Part shown: positions 12,900 through 25,519 of the stretch, in pieces
How the letters are laid out: each line of letters starts with the position of its first letter
How positions within the stretch are numbered: position 1 is the first letter of the stretch
DNA from: Eledone cirrhosa
Taxonomy: Eukaryota
Direction: 5' to 3'
DNA: 64,000 nucleotides
Assembly: GCA_964016885.1 (NCBI GenBank)
Contig: OZ024743.1
Location: 293,322,001-293,386,000, forward strand
Program-made: the position numbers and the translations under genes
The notes under the pieces: model-generated
The model's database searches: none
Told to the model about the DNA's origin: nothing
The model's input: the letters and a program-made list of their open reading frames with translations, nothing else

Positions 12900-13723
12900 C
12901 TGAATTTTTCTTACCTTCATGGTGCCCACCTCAATTTTAAAAAAAATTAGCATACACATATATGCATGTGTGTATATTGACAAATATACAAAGCTTTATC
13001 AACTCCAAAACTTCGAAATCACTACCAAAAAAAGAAAAGAAAAACTAAAAGATTTTTAGTGAAGGTTTTGGTTTAGGAGCTTAATCCTTCTGATATGGAG
13101 GCTTATTTACTCTACATTTTATATGTTAATCCCTCTGAGGGGTGAAAATACAGCATGGGTTATAGAGGCAGCTGCCTTAGTCATAGTGGGACATGATCTG
13201 TGGTGATTAAGGGAACATTACATTTAAATTTATAATCTTTATCATCATCATCATGTAAATATATCTTAATCTGTAGTCCATGGGGATCCTGAAAGCAAAT
13301 GCTATTAACCCTATCCCCAACACACCATTCATCTACTACCATAGCCACCACTACTGGAACCTATTGGCTAATTTACCAGAGAGTTTGTCTCAGTTTTATT
13401 GGTGTTATGTGTCTTAGAAAAGAAGACTCCCTTTTCCCTGGAGAGGATATGTCCATCATTGTGTCAGGGTGAACTCCTAAATGCTGCTTATACTCATTTG
13501 TTTTTTGTTCCAGATGAGTACACTGGTGCAATATGAAATGGTGTGTCTTGCTCATACCACCTAGTTTGGGAATTGAACTTAAGATTTTATAATTGAGTGC
13601 CCAACATCCTAAATACTGGGTCCTAACTACCAAGTGGTTATTTCAACTTCAGCTACTTAATGTTTACCTTGCTTCTCCAATCACCGCCATTGAAAGCGAT
13701 GGTAGTGGTGAAGGTGGTGGATA

Positions 13724-13764
<41 letters not shown>

Positions 13765-16700
13765 GATGTTGGATAGTGGTGGTGGTGGTGGTGGTGGTGC
13801 TGGATGATGATTGTGGCGGTGGCTAATTGCTTGATTGTTTGATTATGTTAAATGCCTGTATTTGGGGGTCAGAATTTCTTTCCCCACTTCCATATCACAA
13901 TTCCTTGTCACTGTCATCAAAAGTATGCATTCCATAGGTGTATGTAAACAATCTTATTCTTTCATGTGTATGTTTAAACATGTGTTTATGTGTCATTGAT
14001 TAGTGCTCTCAGTTCCTGTCTACATCTCATGAAGCTGTGTGTGTTTGTTTACTTGCTTGGGCCCTCACCCGATGAAGTTGTAGCAGGTACCGTTATAACA
14101 TACTGCACAAGTCTTCTTCATCTGTTGCAATGGTATGCCAGATCTCACGTGTCCTAGAGATTTGCTTGTTCATTTTTTGATGTTGTTTGTCCAACTCTGT
14201 CTTACGTTTCTTGTAGAATGAATGGCCTTTGTGTGTATGTATGCAGTGAAAACTGTATGTAAACAACTTCTCTCTTTGGTATGAGTGATACAAACATAGC
14301 AGCATTGTGTACGTGTTTTTTAGGTAATAAACCAACATCACACAAAAAATGCTGCTGTCATAAGATGTGTGATGTGATTGATTAGGAATATCAGGTTGGG
14401 TCTGTACTAGGAAAGTAAGAGAAGTTACTGAAAGACAAAGTCAAAGAAATGGTTACAGGATGAATGAAACTCACATGCAGCTGTAAGGATGGTCTTGCTG
14501 GGATGGTTGCTGCTCTGTGGTAGTTGTAGAGGTGCTTGGCTGTTGTTTTAAGAACACGAGGAGAGGGAGTTATGTTTACTACATTCTAGATAGACAGTTG
14601 TATCATTGACAAGAAAGAGTAAGCATCTTTTTTATTTATCTTCATTCAGTGGTGGTGTTGGTGGTGCAAGGACTTGGCATAATATCAGAAATGACATCAG
14701 TAAACAATGAAAACAAACAAGCACAAATACTCATTCACATATGCCAACACGCACATAGATATATATTTCTCTTTCTCATTTTATATATATAGCACACATG
14801 CACACATATAATTTGTGTGCATGTGTGTGTATATATATATACACACATACACATTGTGTATGTGTACATGCATGTGTGTATGTATGTACAATATATACAC
14901 ACATACACATGATGTACGTACACACAAGTTGTTATTGGTTTTTCACCAAATTTCTACAGCCTTACAATCACCACCGCTACCACCTCCATTACTAAATGAA
15001 GATATTGAACAAAAAGACGCTTGTCCTTGTCTTGGGAGCAACAAGCTCTAGATTCAAATAAACAGGCCCCCTTCCTATATATCCTCCAAATATATTGTGC
15101 ATGACTACATAATGCATCAACATTTCTCGTGGTGTTTTGAAATTTTAAAATATTACATATAGACAGGTTGCTGACCTTTTGATTTGCTTTCTTCACTTTT
15201 TTTCTTCTGATGGGCTTCAATAACAAGTTGCCTGGCTGTGAGGGTGTGATAGCTGTTATAAAAATATATATGAATATTTACTGACTGAAATAGTCCAGAC
15301 ATGGATGTTAATCTATTCTTTGTCATATTTTTAATGAAAAAAAAAGTATGGTTAGTGTCAGGAAAAAAAATATGTCAGACCTTTTATGTTCTGAGTTCAT
15401 ATATCACCATGGTCAGTTTTACCTTTCATCCTACAGGGCTTTGGCAAAATAAAGTACCAGTCAAGTTCTGGGGTTGATGTGACTTTCATTTCCCCCCAAA
15501 TTACATATTCCTAGGTTTATATTCAAGTATATATAATGAATAACTTTCTCATTATTTATCTGAGAAATTACCATAAGCTCCACATCTTGTAAGTGCAATT
15601 AGTTCAATGGAAATTGTGTGGAAGCTTTCAAATGGTTTGTACCTGTAGTTCAAAGGTTCCCTCTTGTCCTTCAGTGTCACACTGATTCTATCTGAGAATT
15701 ACATTAAGGCTACATGTGTCTGCGGAATAGTCAGCAACTTGCATTTTAGACAACTGGAGCAGTGATCTTTGAAACTGATGGAAACCCATTTATATTATTT
15801 TATATTATTTATAAAAGCATTATGTATAACACTAGAATGCATACAAAATGAAGCGGGTGATGTTGTGTGGTGGATGGGTGTGTTTATTGGTTGTGCAAGT
15901 AGAGACAGTGTAAATAGAGAGAAAACTATGTGGAAACATTTCCTATTGATAATGTTGTTGTTGTTGTAGTAGTGTTTGGTTGAGGATTTAGGATTGAAAT
16001 CAAGAATATTTAAAGGGTGGTTTGCTTGTAGAGTGTGCATACACACATGCACACACACACACACATATATATACACATATATATATAAGCTTGGGTCACA
16101 TGAAAATGCGACTCTCTGGCGCCATTGCTGTGATGGTACTGGTGGTGGTGGTAATATAGATGGTATAGAGTAATGTAGAAATTTTCTGTTGTATATGTTC
16201 TGTTCTGAATCAATACATGATACAGTGTTTCAAGGAGGGAGATGAAAAAATTAAACATTAAAATCTGGTCAGTAATGCTGGTTTAGCTGTAAGATCACCC
16301 ACATTTGAACTGACCTGTCACCAACAGCACAAGAGAACAATACAGTACAGTGTTGATATATATATATATAAGTTTAACACTTGATATATATGCACATATA
16401 TATATTTTTGAAGGTCCAGTTATGGCCATCTCTTCAGATTGTGCATGGTGATGCAAAATGCATGGAGGAGTGGTCAAATTCATAACTTAGTTACGAATTG
16501 GAATGCACAATCTGAGAAGATGGCCATAACTGGGTCTTGAAATCTGTGTATGAAAATAAATAAATAATAATACGTATATCAGCTTTCACACTAGATGAGC
16601 ACTACTTTATTTGTTTATATCCATGGATATATTTTGCCACACACACACATATATACATATTATGTATGAACATAAAAGTATGTAGGATCAAAGTCATGTT

Positions 16701-17561
16701 GCAGCATATATATAAACTTTATTGGCGTATTATAATTATAAAAATACAAAACAAAAAACAACACAGTCCACGCTGTGATGTGGTCATGTAGGTAACATGG
16801 AAAAAAGCTCCCAGTCCACACTGTAAATGTGGTTGGTGTTAGGAAGGGCATCCAGCCGTAGAAAACTTGCCAGATTGTCCTATACGAGCGAGACACGGTC
16901 ACCCGACCAATCTTGCCTCAAATGGAACAATTCCCGTCTAACCTATGCGTCAAAGCATGGCGTCCGACCCTCTACCGATACTGCCAATCCACAATAATAT
17001 GTTGCAGCATTGACTTCGATCCTACTTACTTTTATTTACACACTTACCTAACATATATAATATAATATTGCTACACTAGTATGAGGATTGAACTCATGAT
17101 CAGTAGATAATTTAGTGCAATTAGCAGTTAACCAAAGTTTATACTGCCATTGTATTTTATTTCTTTAATAACAGTAGTGATGTGATATTAAGTGATTTGG
17201 CTCTTGTGTCTAACATGGCTAGTTGTCTTGTAACTGTTTCATCCATCACTATCTCCCATGAGTGTCCTTAGTTATTAATGACAGAAGGATATATGGACAA
17301 GGTTTACAGGAAACATCTAATTAGAATTTACACTTGTCTAGCAAGTATTGAGACCATGTATTGAAACTGAAACATATATATCATTGAAGAGTCATTTTAG
17401 CAATTTATATAACACAGACAAACTTATATTCATTTCGCATCTATTTAATACAACTAGCATTTCAGTCATTTCCCTTCTAAAGCAATGGTTAGTGCTGCAG
17501 CCCTTATGGCAAACTTCTACACTTCACCTGCCCATCCTTCCTCCTCAATGGCTCTAGGTTT

Positions 17562-17747
17562 TATGATGGTTGGCTGACTAAGATACTCTCATGGAATGAC
17601 CAAATGAAGTTTATTTTTCAATATGATCCCTGGAAAGAAATAATACAGTCATTAATAAGAAGAGTTAAAATCAATGCATGAAAGATTCTGCAGCTCTAGC
17701 ACCAATCCTTCATAATCTGCCTATGAACTTTTGAGTTGACCCTCATA
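17562..17747. mobile_element. Tc1/mariner-type MITE
   Basis: Decayed TIR family TACGAGGGTCGGCTGAAAAGTTCATAGGCTGAC with TA ends; shared body CTCATGGAATGACCAAATG. Confidence 0.65.
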
Positions 17748-18020
17748 TTTCCCCCTCCATTAACTTTAGCTATGTCATTCTTGGTCTTCCCATTAATTAC
17801 TCTATTTGTTTCCTCATATCATATCTCCTCACAGCCACCTTTATGCTTTCTCAACACATTACCCAACTGTTTCATTCCATTTCTCTTCATCTGGTTCTAT
17901 TCTTATCATCCTCTGTAATGTGTTATTTGATTTCCTTTCTACTGTTCTTGCTCCCAGATCATTCACCTTTCTCTTCAGTTTCACTGACACCCCATTTCTC
18001 ACTTTAGTCATTTAAATAAC

Positions 18021-18207
18021 TGTTTCTACATTTGGCACAAGGCCAGCAATTATCCTGTGCATTACTGGTACTTTATTTTATCGACCCCGTAAGGATGAAA
18101 GGCAAAGTTAACCTCGACGGGATTTGAACTCAGACCATAAAGGGACGTAACTATGCTGGAAAGCATGGCGTCCGACCCTCTACTGATACTGCCAATCCGC
18201 CGCTCTG
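18021..18207 (-). mobile_element. Full-length tRNA-derived SINE (family B) with 16-bp TSD
   Basis: Reverse complement of 19832-20026; B box GAGTTCAAATCCC; exact TSD TAGTCATTTAAATAAC at 18005-18020 and 18208-18223. Confidence 0.9.
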
Positions 18208-19265
18208 TAGTCATTTAAATAACATCCCCAAGAAACTGCTTTATTCATTTTTAATTTATTGCAAAGTCAAACTTTTCAAAGCACTCATTGTGACCTGGCC
18301 AGTGAGTAAGTTTCAAATCATTTGCAGTGGAACTGTGTCTGTGACAAGGTCACAAAAAGTACAGGATAAATTCTGACACCATGAAATCAATGGTAAAAAC
18401 ATTTTCTTTTCTCTTCCCCCTCCCCATAAATGGCTAAATTGACTTTTAGAAACATGTCCATTTGAATCCCATGGGGGGTTAAGAAAAAAATCTAAGAGAA
18501 CAACATTAAATTTCTCTTGACCTCCTTAACTAACAAAACCACAAGGAGACCCAACTTGACCTTAGATTACCCTCCTAATTAATATCTTTGCTCACTCCTC
18601 CCACTCACTACTGCCACTTAGGCTTTTGAAACCACAGATCTAACTGACCTTATCTGTCCTTCCACCTACCCTTAAATGGTAGTTGCTATATGTAAGGTCA
18701 GATCTCTCTCTTTTACAACCTCTCTCTCCCTTTAGAATGTGAAAGTTTATGAGAGAGAATCAGAGACAAAAGGAAGGCTAAAACTGTAAAAGAATATGAG
18801 AGAAAGAGAGTGAGTATAAAGGGTGAGAGTTATCAGTTGAGTGAGATGATATAAATAATAAAACACAGGAATAATGATATAAAGTTTAATGGACAGATCT
18901 AGAGCAAGGAGACAGTTGGGAGAGAGGAAAAAATATTGAGATAGGAAGATATTTGAAGGCAGTGATAAAGGAAAGAGAAACAAGTATAGGTGAAAAAAAC
19001 AAAAACAAGGGTGATAAATAGTGTTTTAGCAATAGATAGAGATAGATGAATAAAGAAAAATAACTAGACAGATAGATAGATGGTAGTTCATATAGATGAC
19101 TTGTCTAACCAAGCATAGGTGAACAAAAAAGCAAGGGTGATAGATAGATATAAGTGGTATAGCAATAGATAAATAGAGATAGATAGGTAGATATAGTGGT
19201 TTATATAGATGACTTGTCTGGCTGACCAGGCTGTAAACTTTTAGCTTCCTTATTGACCAGAATGT

Positions 19266-19365
<100 letters not shown>

Positions 19366-19692
19366 GATGTAATTCAATATTAATGGCCAAGATTTTTTTG
19401 TTAATTGATATTAACTGACATATATATATATATGTGTGGGTGTATGTGTCTGTCAACATCATTTAACATGAGTTTCAGGAAGATAAATATATATATAGTT
19501 TATTGGTGTGTAACATCTAGTTACTATTGGTTCACTCAATGAGCGCTCAATACCAATATGGGTCCTGTTGCAGATGTTGTATTCTACTAAGAAGCAGGAT
19601 GTTAATAATAACAACTGCAGGACCAGAATATCAATATAGCAACATTATGTTTGATATTATATTGATACTTCTTTTCTGTTTTTTATTATTAT

Positions 19693-20232
19693 TCTGAGTT
19701 CAAATCCTGCCACGGTCAACTTTGCTATTCCTTATGAGGTCAACAAAATAAAGTACCAGTAATGCACTGGGATAATTGCTGTCCTTGTGCCAAAAGTAGA
19801 AACAATTATTATCATCATTATTATATATATAGGGCGGTGGATTGGCAGTATCGGTAGAGAGTCAGACACCATGCTTTGAAGCATAGAGTTACGTCCCTTT
19901 ATGATCTGAGTTCAAATCCCGCCGAGGTTAACTTTGCCTTTCATCCTTACGGGGTCGATAAAATAAAAGTACCAGTAATGTACTGAGATAATTGCTGGCC
20001 TTCTGCCTAGAATAGAAACAATTATTATATATATAGGGTGGGGGATTTGCAGTATCGGTAAAGGGTCTGATGCTATGCTTTGCAGCATAGAGTTACGCCC
20101 CTTTATGGTGTGAGTTCAAATCCCGCCGAGGTTAACTTTGCCTTTCATCCTTACAGGGTTGATAAAATAAAGTACCAGTAATACACTGGAATAATTGCTA
20201 GCCTTGTGCCAAAAGTAGAAACAATTATTATT
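19693..20232 (+). mobile_element. Three head-to-tail family B SINEs (19693-19810 5'-truncated, 19832-20026, 20036-20232)
   Basis: Head GGGCGGTGGATTGGCAGTATCGGTAG, B box, central GCCTTTCATCCTTACGGGGTCGATAAAATAAAGTACCAG, tail AGAAACAATTATT; copies separated by short (TA)n. Confidence 0.9.
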
Positions 20233-20601
20233 ATATATATATAATCTCCACTCAGATAGATAGATGAATAAATATTTTCTTTAAGGCCAATTTTGATTTT
20301 TAGTCTGAATATGACAACACTAGGGATGTTGTTTGTGTATGCCCCACACACATACATATCCTGCAGTTCTGTGGCCTGCCAAATGATGATAAATCAATAC
20401 ATTACATTATAAAAAGTTTTGTAATTAGGAAGGGCATCCAGTTGTAGAATATTGGGTGAATGTCTCTTCCAGACTGTGCTAGCATGGGAAAAAATATAAA
20501 TGTAAAAATGGTGACAATGATGATGATGATATAATGGTATAGTGTTCGTTCTGGCATCCCAGAGAGGAGAGATGTAATCAGTGCAAACATTCTCAGAAGT
20601 T

Positions 20602-20691
<90 letters not shown>

Positions 20692-20859
20692 TCATGAAAG
20701 TAAGAAGTGTATATGAGTTTTGTTGTAGAAATTTTTAAAGTAATGAATAGAATAATTATTGCAGATAAGAAAAGAGTGCTGATGTGAGATAAACATTTTA
20801 TATATTTCTTTTATTCTATACCAAACACAGTATATTTATTCTTTTAAGTTAAGTTTTTT

Positions 20860-21318
20860 TTCCCAGGAGAAAACACTGTTTTTGTCTGCTGAAAAATAAA
20901 CCCTGTCCTTATAGTTTAGCACCAGAGTAGCCTTTATAAAGCACATTTATGATCAAAGGTATCACAGCTTGTTTTTAGGCATAGTGTATCTAGGAGTACA
21001 TTTAGGTCTTTCCCTGGAGAACTCCCCTTGTTTTCCCCTGTTGAAAAATAAACTCTGGTTTAGCACCAGGCAAATTCTTATTTACCAAATTTATGATCAA
21101 AAGTATTCTGGCTTGTTTTTAGGCATAGTGTATCTAGGAGTGCATTTATGGTTTTACCCTTGAGAGAACAGTTTGTTTTTCTCTGTTGAAAATAAACCCT
21201 CTTATTGTTATTTAGCACTAAGTTAACCCCTATTGTGCAAATTTATGATGAAAGATATTCCAGCTGTGAGCATCATGACATCCTGTTCAGAGATATAGTG
21301 TACATAGGAGTACATTAT
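20860..21318. repeat. Diverged tandem repeat, unit about 145-165 bp, three copies
   Basis: Recurring TGAAAA(A)TAAAC..TTTAGCAC..ATTTATGAT..ATAGTGTA..TAGGAGT.CATT blocks. Confidence 0.8.
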
Positions 21319-21380
21319 CTAATCTATTTTTTTAAATTTTATTATTGAGGTATTGTGTTATATGATGATAATTTAGCTGC

Positions 21381-21545
21381 TAGGAGGGTTGGCTGAAAAG
21401 TTCATAGTCTGACTGAAGGATTAACATTAATTTCAACACTTCTTATTAATAACTGCATTGTTACTTTTCTGGGACTATGTTAAAAAAGAAATCTCATTTG
21501 GTCATTCCATGAGTGTATATTGGTCAGCCTATAAACTTTTCTGGG
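21381..21545. mobile_element. Tc1/mariner-type MITE (same family as 17562)
   Basis: GAGGGTTGGCTGAAAAGTTCATAG..GAC / GTCAGCCTATAAACTTTT; body in opposite orientation to 17562. Confidence 0.65.
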
Positions 21546-21819
21546 TGAATGATCGATCCCCTTATGACCATAATATCTTAAGTTATGCTTATCTGTTATT
21601 TATCAAGGGTTCCAAGCAAGTATAATGACTCCACCATATACTTTCTGGCCAAGTATTACAATGTGATTAAAACGTTTGCTTTGGAACTATTTGGTTTTAG
21701 GTTCAGTTCCACTAAACCTAGTAGAGGGAAACTGTAAAGATTTCCTCCATATGTGTTTGTCATCATCATCACGGTTTTTATGTTGAATTTTCCATGATGG
21801 CATGGGTTTAGGGGATACA

Positions 21820-21856
<37 letters not shown>

Positions 21857-21875
21857 TGTGTACTCATAAACACAA

Positions 21876-21937
<62 letters not shown>

Positions 21938-22196
21938 GAAAATAGAGAAATTAATGTGAGCAAGAAGCCAACAGTAATTCATATGTAGTAGTAATAAAGA
22001 GTCTGTGCCCAGCAGTTGAGCTCTTGCCGTTTCTACAGCAATTTCCTGAGTTTGGAATTTGCTGTTGGACAGCTAGACCTCAGCTGTCTGTCCCCAACAC
22101 TCTGCTATATTTACACTCTACTATCCTAAGTACTGAATACCCTGCTGAATGAATTATGGTCTTACTAGTTTAAACTGGTAAAATCCAGCCCCCACC

Positions 22197-22297
<101 letters not shown>

Positions 22298-23040
22298 CTT
22301 ATAGAAAATCTGTTTGTATTATGTAGCCACTTTTCTGTGCATTTTCTACTGATATATGTATACTTGTATAATGTGCATGCGAGTTTGGGTTTGCACTTGT
22401 CTATCAATGCATATTTATATATATGTAATTTTGGATATCTGAATGAATACACAGAAAGACGTACACATCTATACAATACTTAGAAATACACACACACATA
22501 GAAAACATATATGCGCACACACAGAACATATATGCATAAACACATATAGACTATACATGCACACACACACATCTTTTGAAGAATTAGGGAAATACACTTA
22601 TGGAGGCAGTTATAGTTCTTTTACTGTCTAAATGGAAATCCATTCTTGTTAGCTTCTAGAGATTTCTGTAACCTCAATCCCTTTTTTTAGATTTTGGTTC
22701 CATTAATCGAGATCTGCTGCAAACTGAAGGATCTACGGATTTTTTCCTTTTCCTCTGGTGTCTAATTTTATTGGAGTGTATCTGTGTTAAACTCAGCGAT
22801 TGACCTAAATATACACTTATACACACACACACACACATTTATATATGTATTTGCATATATAGATACGCGCGTGTGTACATGCATGTATGCATTTATATGT
22901 ATGTGTATATATATATATATTTATATATACACACACATTTTTTCTTTGTGTGCATATATATGTCCATGGCTTAATTACTTTCTATGGTTTTATGGAACAT
23001 ACATGCACTCTCTTTCCCTCTCTCTCCACACACACACATA

Positions 23041-23046
23041 TATATG

Positions 23047-23090
<44 letters not shown>

Positions 23091-23187
23091 TATATATATA
23101 TGCCTATATATATATATATATATATATGCCAATATATATATATATATATATATATGCCAATATATATATATATGCCTATATATATAT
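23041..23187. repeat. GCC(TA)n compound minisatellite
   Basis: Repeated ATATGCCTATATAT units; continues at 24707-24890 and 25260-25588. Confidence 0.9.
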
Positions 23188-24706
23188 GAGAGCTATACAA
23201 GCCATGTATAAAGAAACAGTCAGCAAGCTCAGAATTAACAACGAATATAGTGAAGAGTTTAGCGTAAAAGTTGGTGTTCATCAGAGCTCTGTTCTTAGCC
23301 CCTACTATTTATTATTGCCCTTCAGGCTATAACAGTGGAGTTCAAGACCGGCTACCCATGGGAACTCCTATACGCAGACGATCTAACGCTCATAGCTGAA
23401 TCAATGGCCGAGCTAGAGAAGAAATTCCAAACATGGAAGCATGGCCTAGAATCAAAAGGCCTTAAAATTAACCTGGCTAAGACTAAAGTTCTAGTTTGTA
23501 GGAAAGAAAATAAGGCGCCGGTCCCTTCCGGGAAATGGCCATGCTCAGTGTGTAGGAAAGGCTTAGGTAGAAACTCCATTTTATGTCCCAAATGCAAACT
23601 ATGGGTGCATAAAAGATGTAGTGGGATCACAGGTAAGCTAACTAAGAACATAGATTTTACATGTGGCCGGTGCTCTGGTGCAATAAGTAGCAGCAAGTCC
23701 CCACAAATACTAGCTCTTTCAACTGCGCAGAGGGTTCTATAGAAATAGTGGACAGCTTCCGTTACCTGGGTGACAAAATCAGCAGTGGGGGACGGTGCGC
23801 TGGAATGACAGTAGCTAGAGTCAGAACTGGATGGAAAAAGTTCAGAGAGCTTATACCACTATTAGCCACTAAAGGGTTCTCCCTAAAAATGAAAGGCAGG
23901 TTGTATGATGCCTGCATACGAACAGCAATGTTGCCTGGCAGTGAGACCTGGGCATTGTGTGCAGAGGATATACGCAGACTAGAGAGGAACGAAGCTTGCA
24001 TGCTCCGCTGGATGTGTAATACTAATATACGTGAACGGCAAAGCATAAACGAACTAAGGGAAAAATTAGAAATAAGAGGGATCAGATGTTGTTTACTTGA
24101 GAGAAGGCTACGTTGGTATGGTCACGTGATGCGCATGAAAGACGACAGCTGTATAAAAAAGTGCAGGGCAATAAAGATAGACGGTAGCCACGGAGTAGGC
24201 AGACCCAGAAAAACCTGGGACGACCTGATAAATTCCAACCTCACACACTTACACCTCTCCAAGACAATGTCACTGGACCGAGATCTTTGGTGGTACTCAG
24301 TAATAGAGAAGACCCGCCTTACCTAAATACAAAGTAAAACCTACTACAGTCAGTAGGCATCTCTAAAAAAATACCCCCCCCCCCCCCTCCACACCGCCCT
24401 TTCAATGTAAAGTTATGTTGGCGCCACAACATCCAGGCCGAAACAAATGAGATCGTGTAGGTGTCACGACAAAAAAACACACAGTCCAAGCTGTAATGTG
24501 GCCGTGTAATCAACACGGTAAAAACCTCCCAGCCCCACACTGTAAATGTGGTTGGTGTTAGGAAGGGCATCCAGCTGTAGAAAACCCGCCAGACAGTCCT
24601 ATGCGAGCAAGACAACCACTCTTGCCCCAAGTGGGAAAACTCCCGTCCAAACCCATGCAAGCGTGGAACATGGACGTTAAACGATGATGATGATGATGAT
24701 GATGAT
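23188..24706 (+). mobile_element. 5'-truncated RTE-clade LINE: RT C-terminal half with inserted PHD finger, thumb, 3' UTR, (GAT)n tail
   Basis: Three ORF pieces joined by two frameshifts: VGVHQSSVLSP, LLYADDL (YADD 23371-23382), GLKINLAKTK, C4HC3 finger, FRYLG, GSETW, RLRWYGHVMR, GRPRKTW, stop 24326; ATATATGCCTATATATATAT on both sides (probable TSD). Confidence 0.95.
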
Positions 24707-24711
24707 ATATG

Positions 24712-24747
<36 letters not shown>

Positions 24748-24891
24748 TATATATATATATATATATACCTATATATATATATATATATACCTATATATAT
24801 ATATATATACCTATATATATATATATATATATATATATGCCTATATATATATATATATATGCCTATATATATATATATCCCTATATCTATA

Positions 24892-24974
<83 letters not shown>

Positions 24975-25138
24975 AAAGTTATATTTAAATTGTTGGGTTA
25001 CAACTAGTAAATATTTATAACTGATATAAAAGCACTCGACAAATATTTGGAGTATATTTATCAAATCAACCTTTTCAAATGCAAGTCGATGTTGTTACGG
25101 TATGTCGAATCTATTTATCTATAAAACTGTTTATATTG

Positions 25139-25204
25139 TATTTTGTCTGAGGAAGGCATAGCATATTGTTAACATGATATCCCTGAAATATATATAATGA
25201 AATA
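25139..25204 (+). ncRNA. Minimal type I hammerhead ribozyme (Penelope-like element type)
   Basis: TATTTTGT-CTGAGGA-AGGCATAGCAT/ATGATATCCCT-GAAA-TATATA-TA-ATGAAATA: 8-bp stem I with two G-U pairs, intact core, stem II 9 of 11 pairs, palindromic stem III, AUA site. Confidence 0.75.
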
Positions 25205-25455
25205 GATATGGTTTTATAAATATAGTTTCCATTTATTTAATATTATATATATATATATATATACCTATATATATATGCTTATATATATATGCTTATGTAT
25301 ATATGCTTATGTATATATATGCTTATATGTATATGTGCCAATATATATATATATGCCTATATATATATGCCTATATATATATGCCTATATATATATATAT
25401 GCCTATATATATATATATGCCTATATATATATACCTATATATATATATATATATG

Positions 25456-25519
<64 letters not shown>

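Noticed and set aside
18985-19220. Diverged two-copy duplication of about 120 bp
   Set aside because: Built largely on (GATA)n low-complexity sequence; no further signal.
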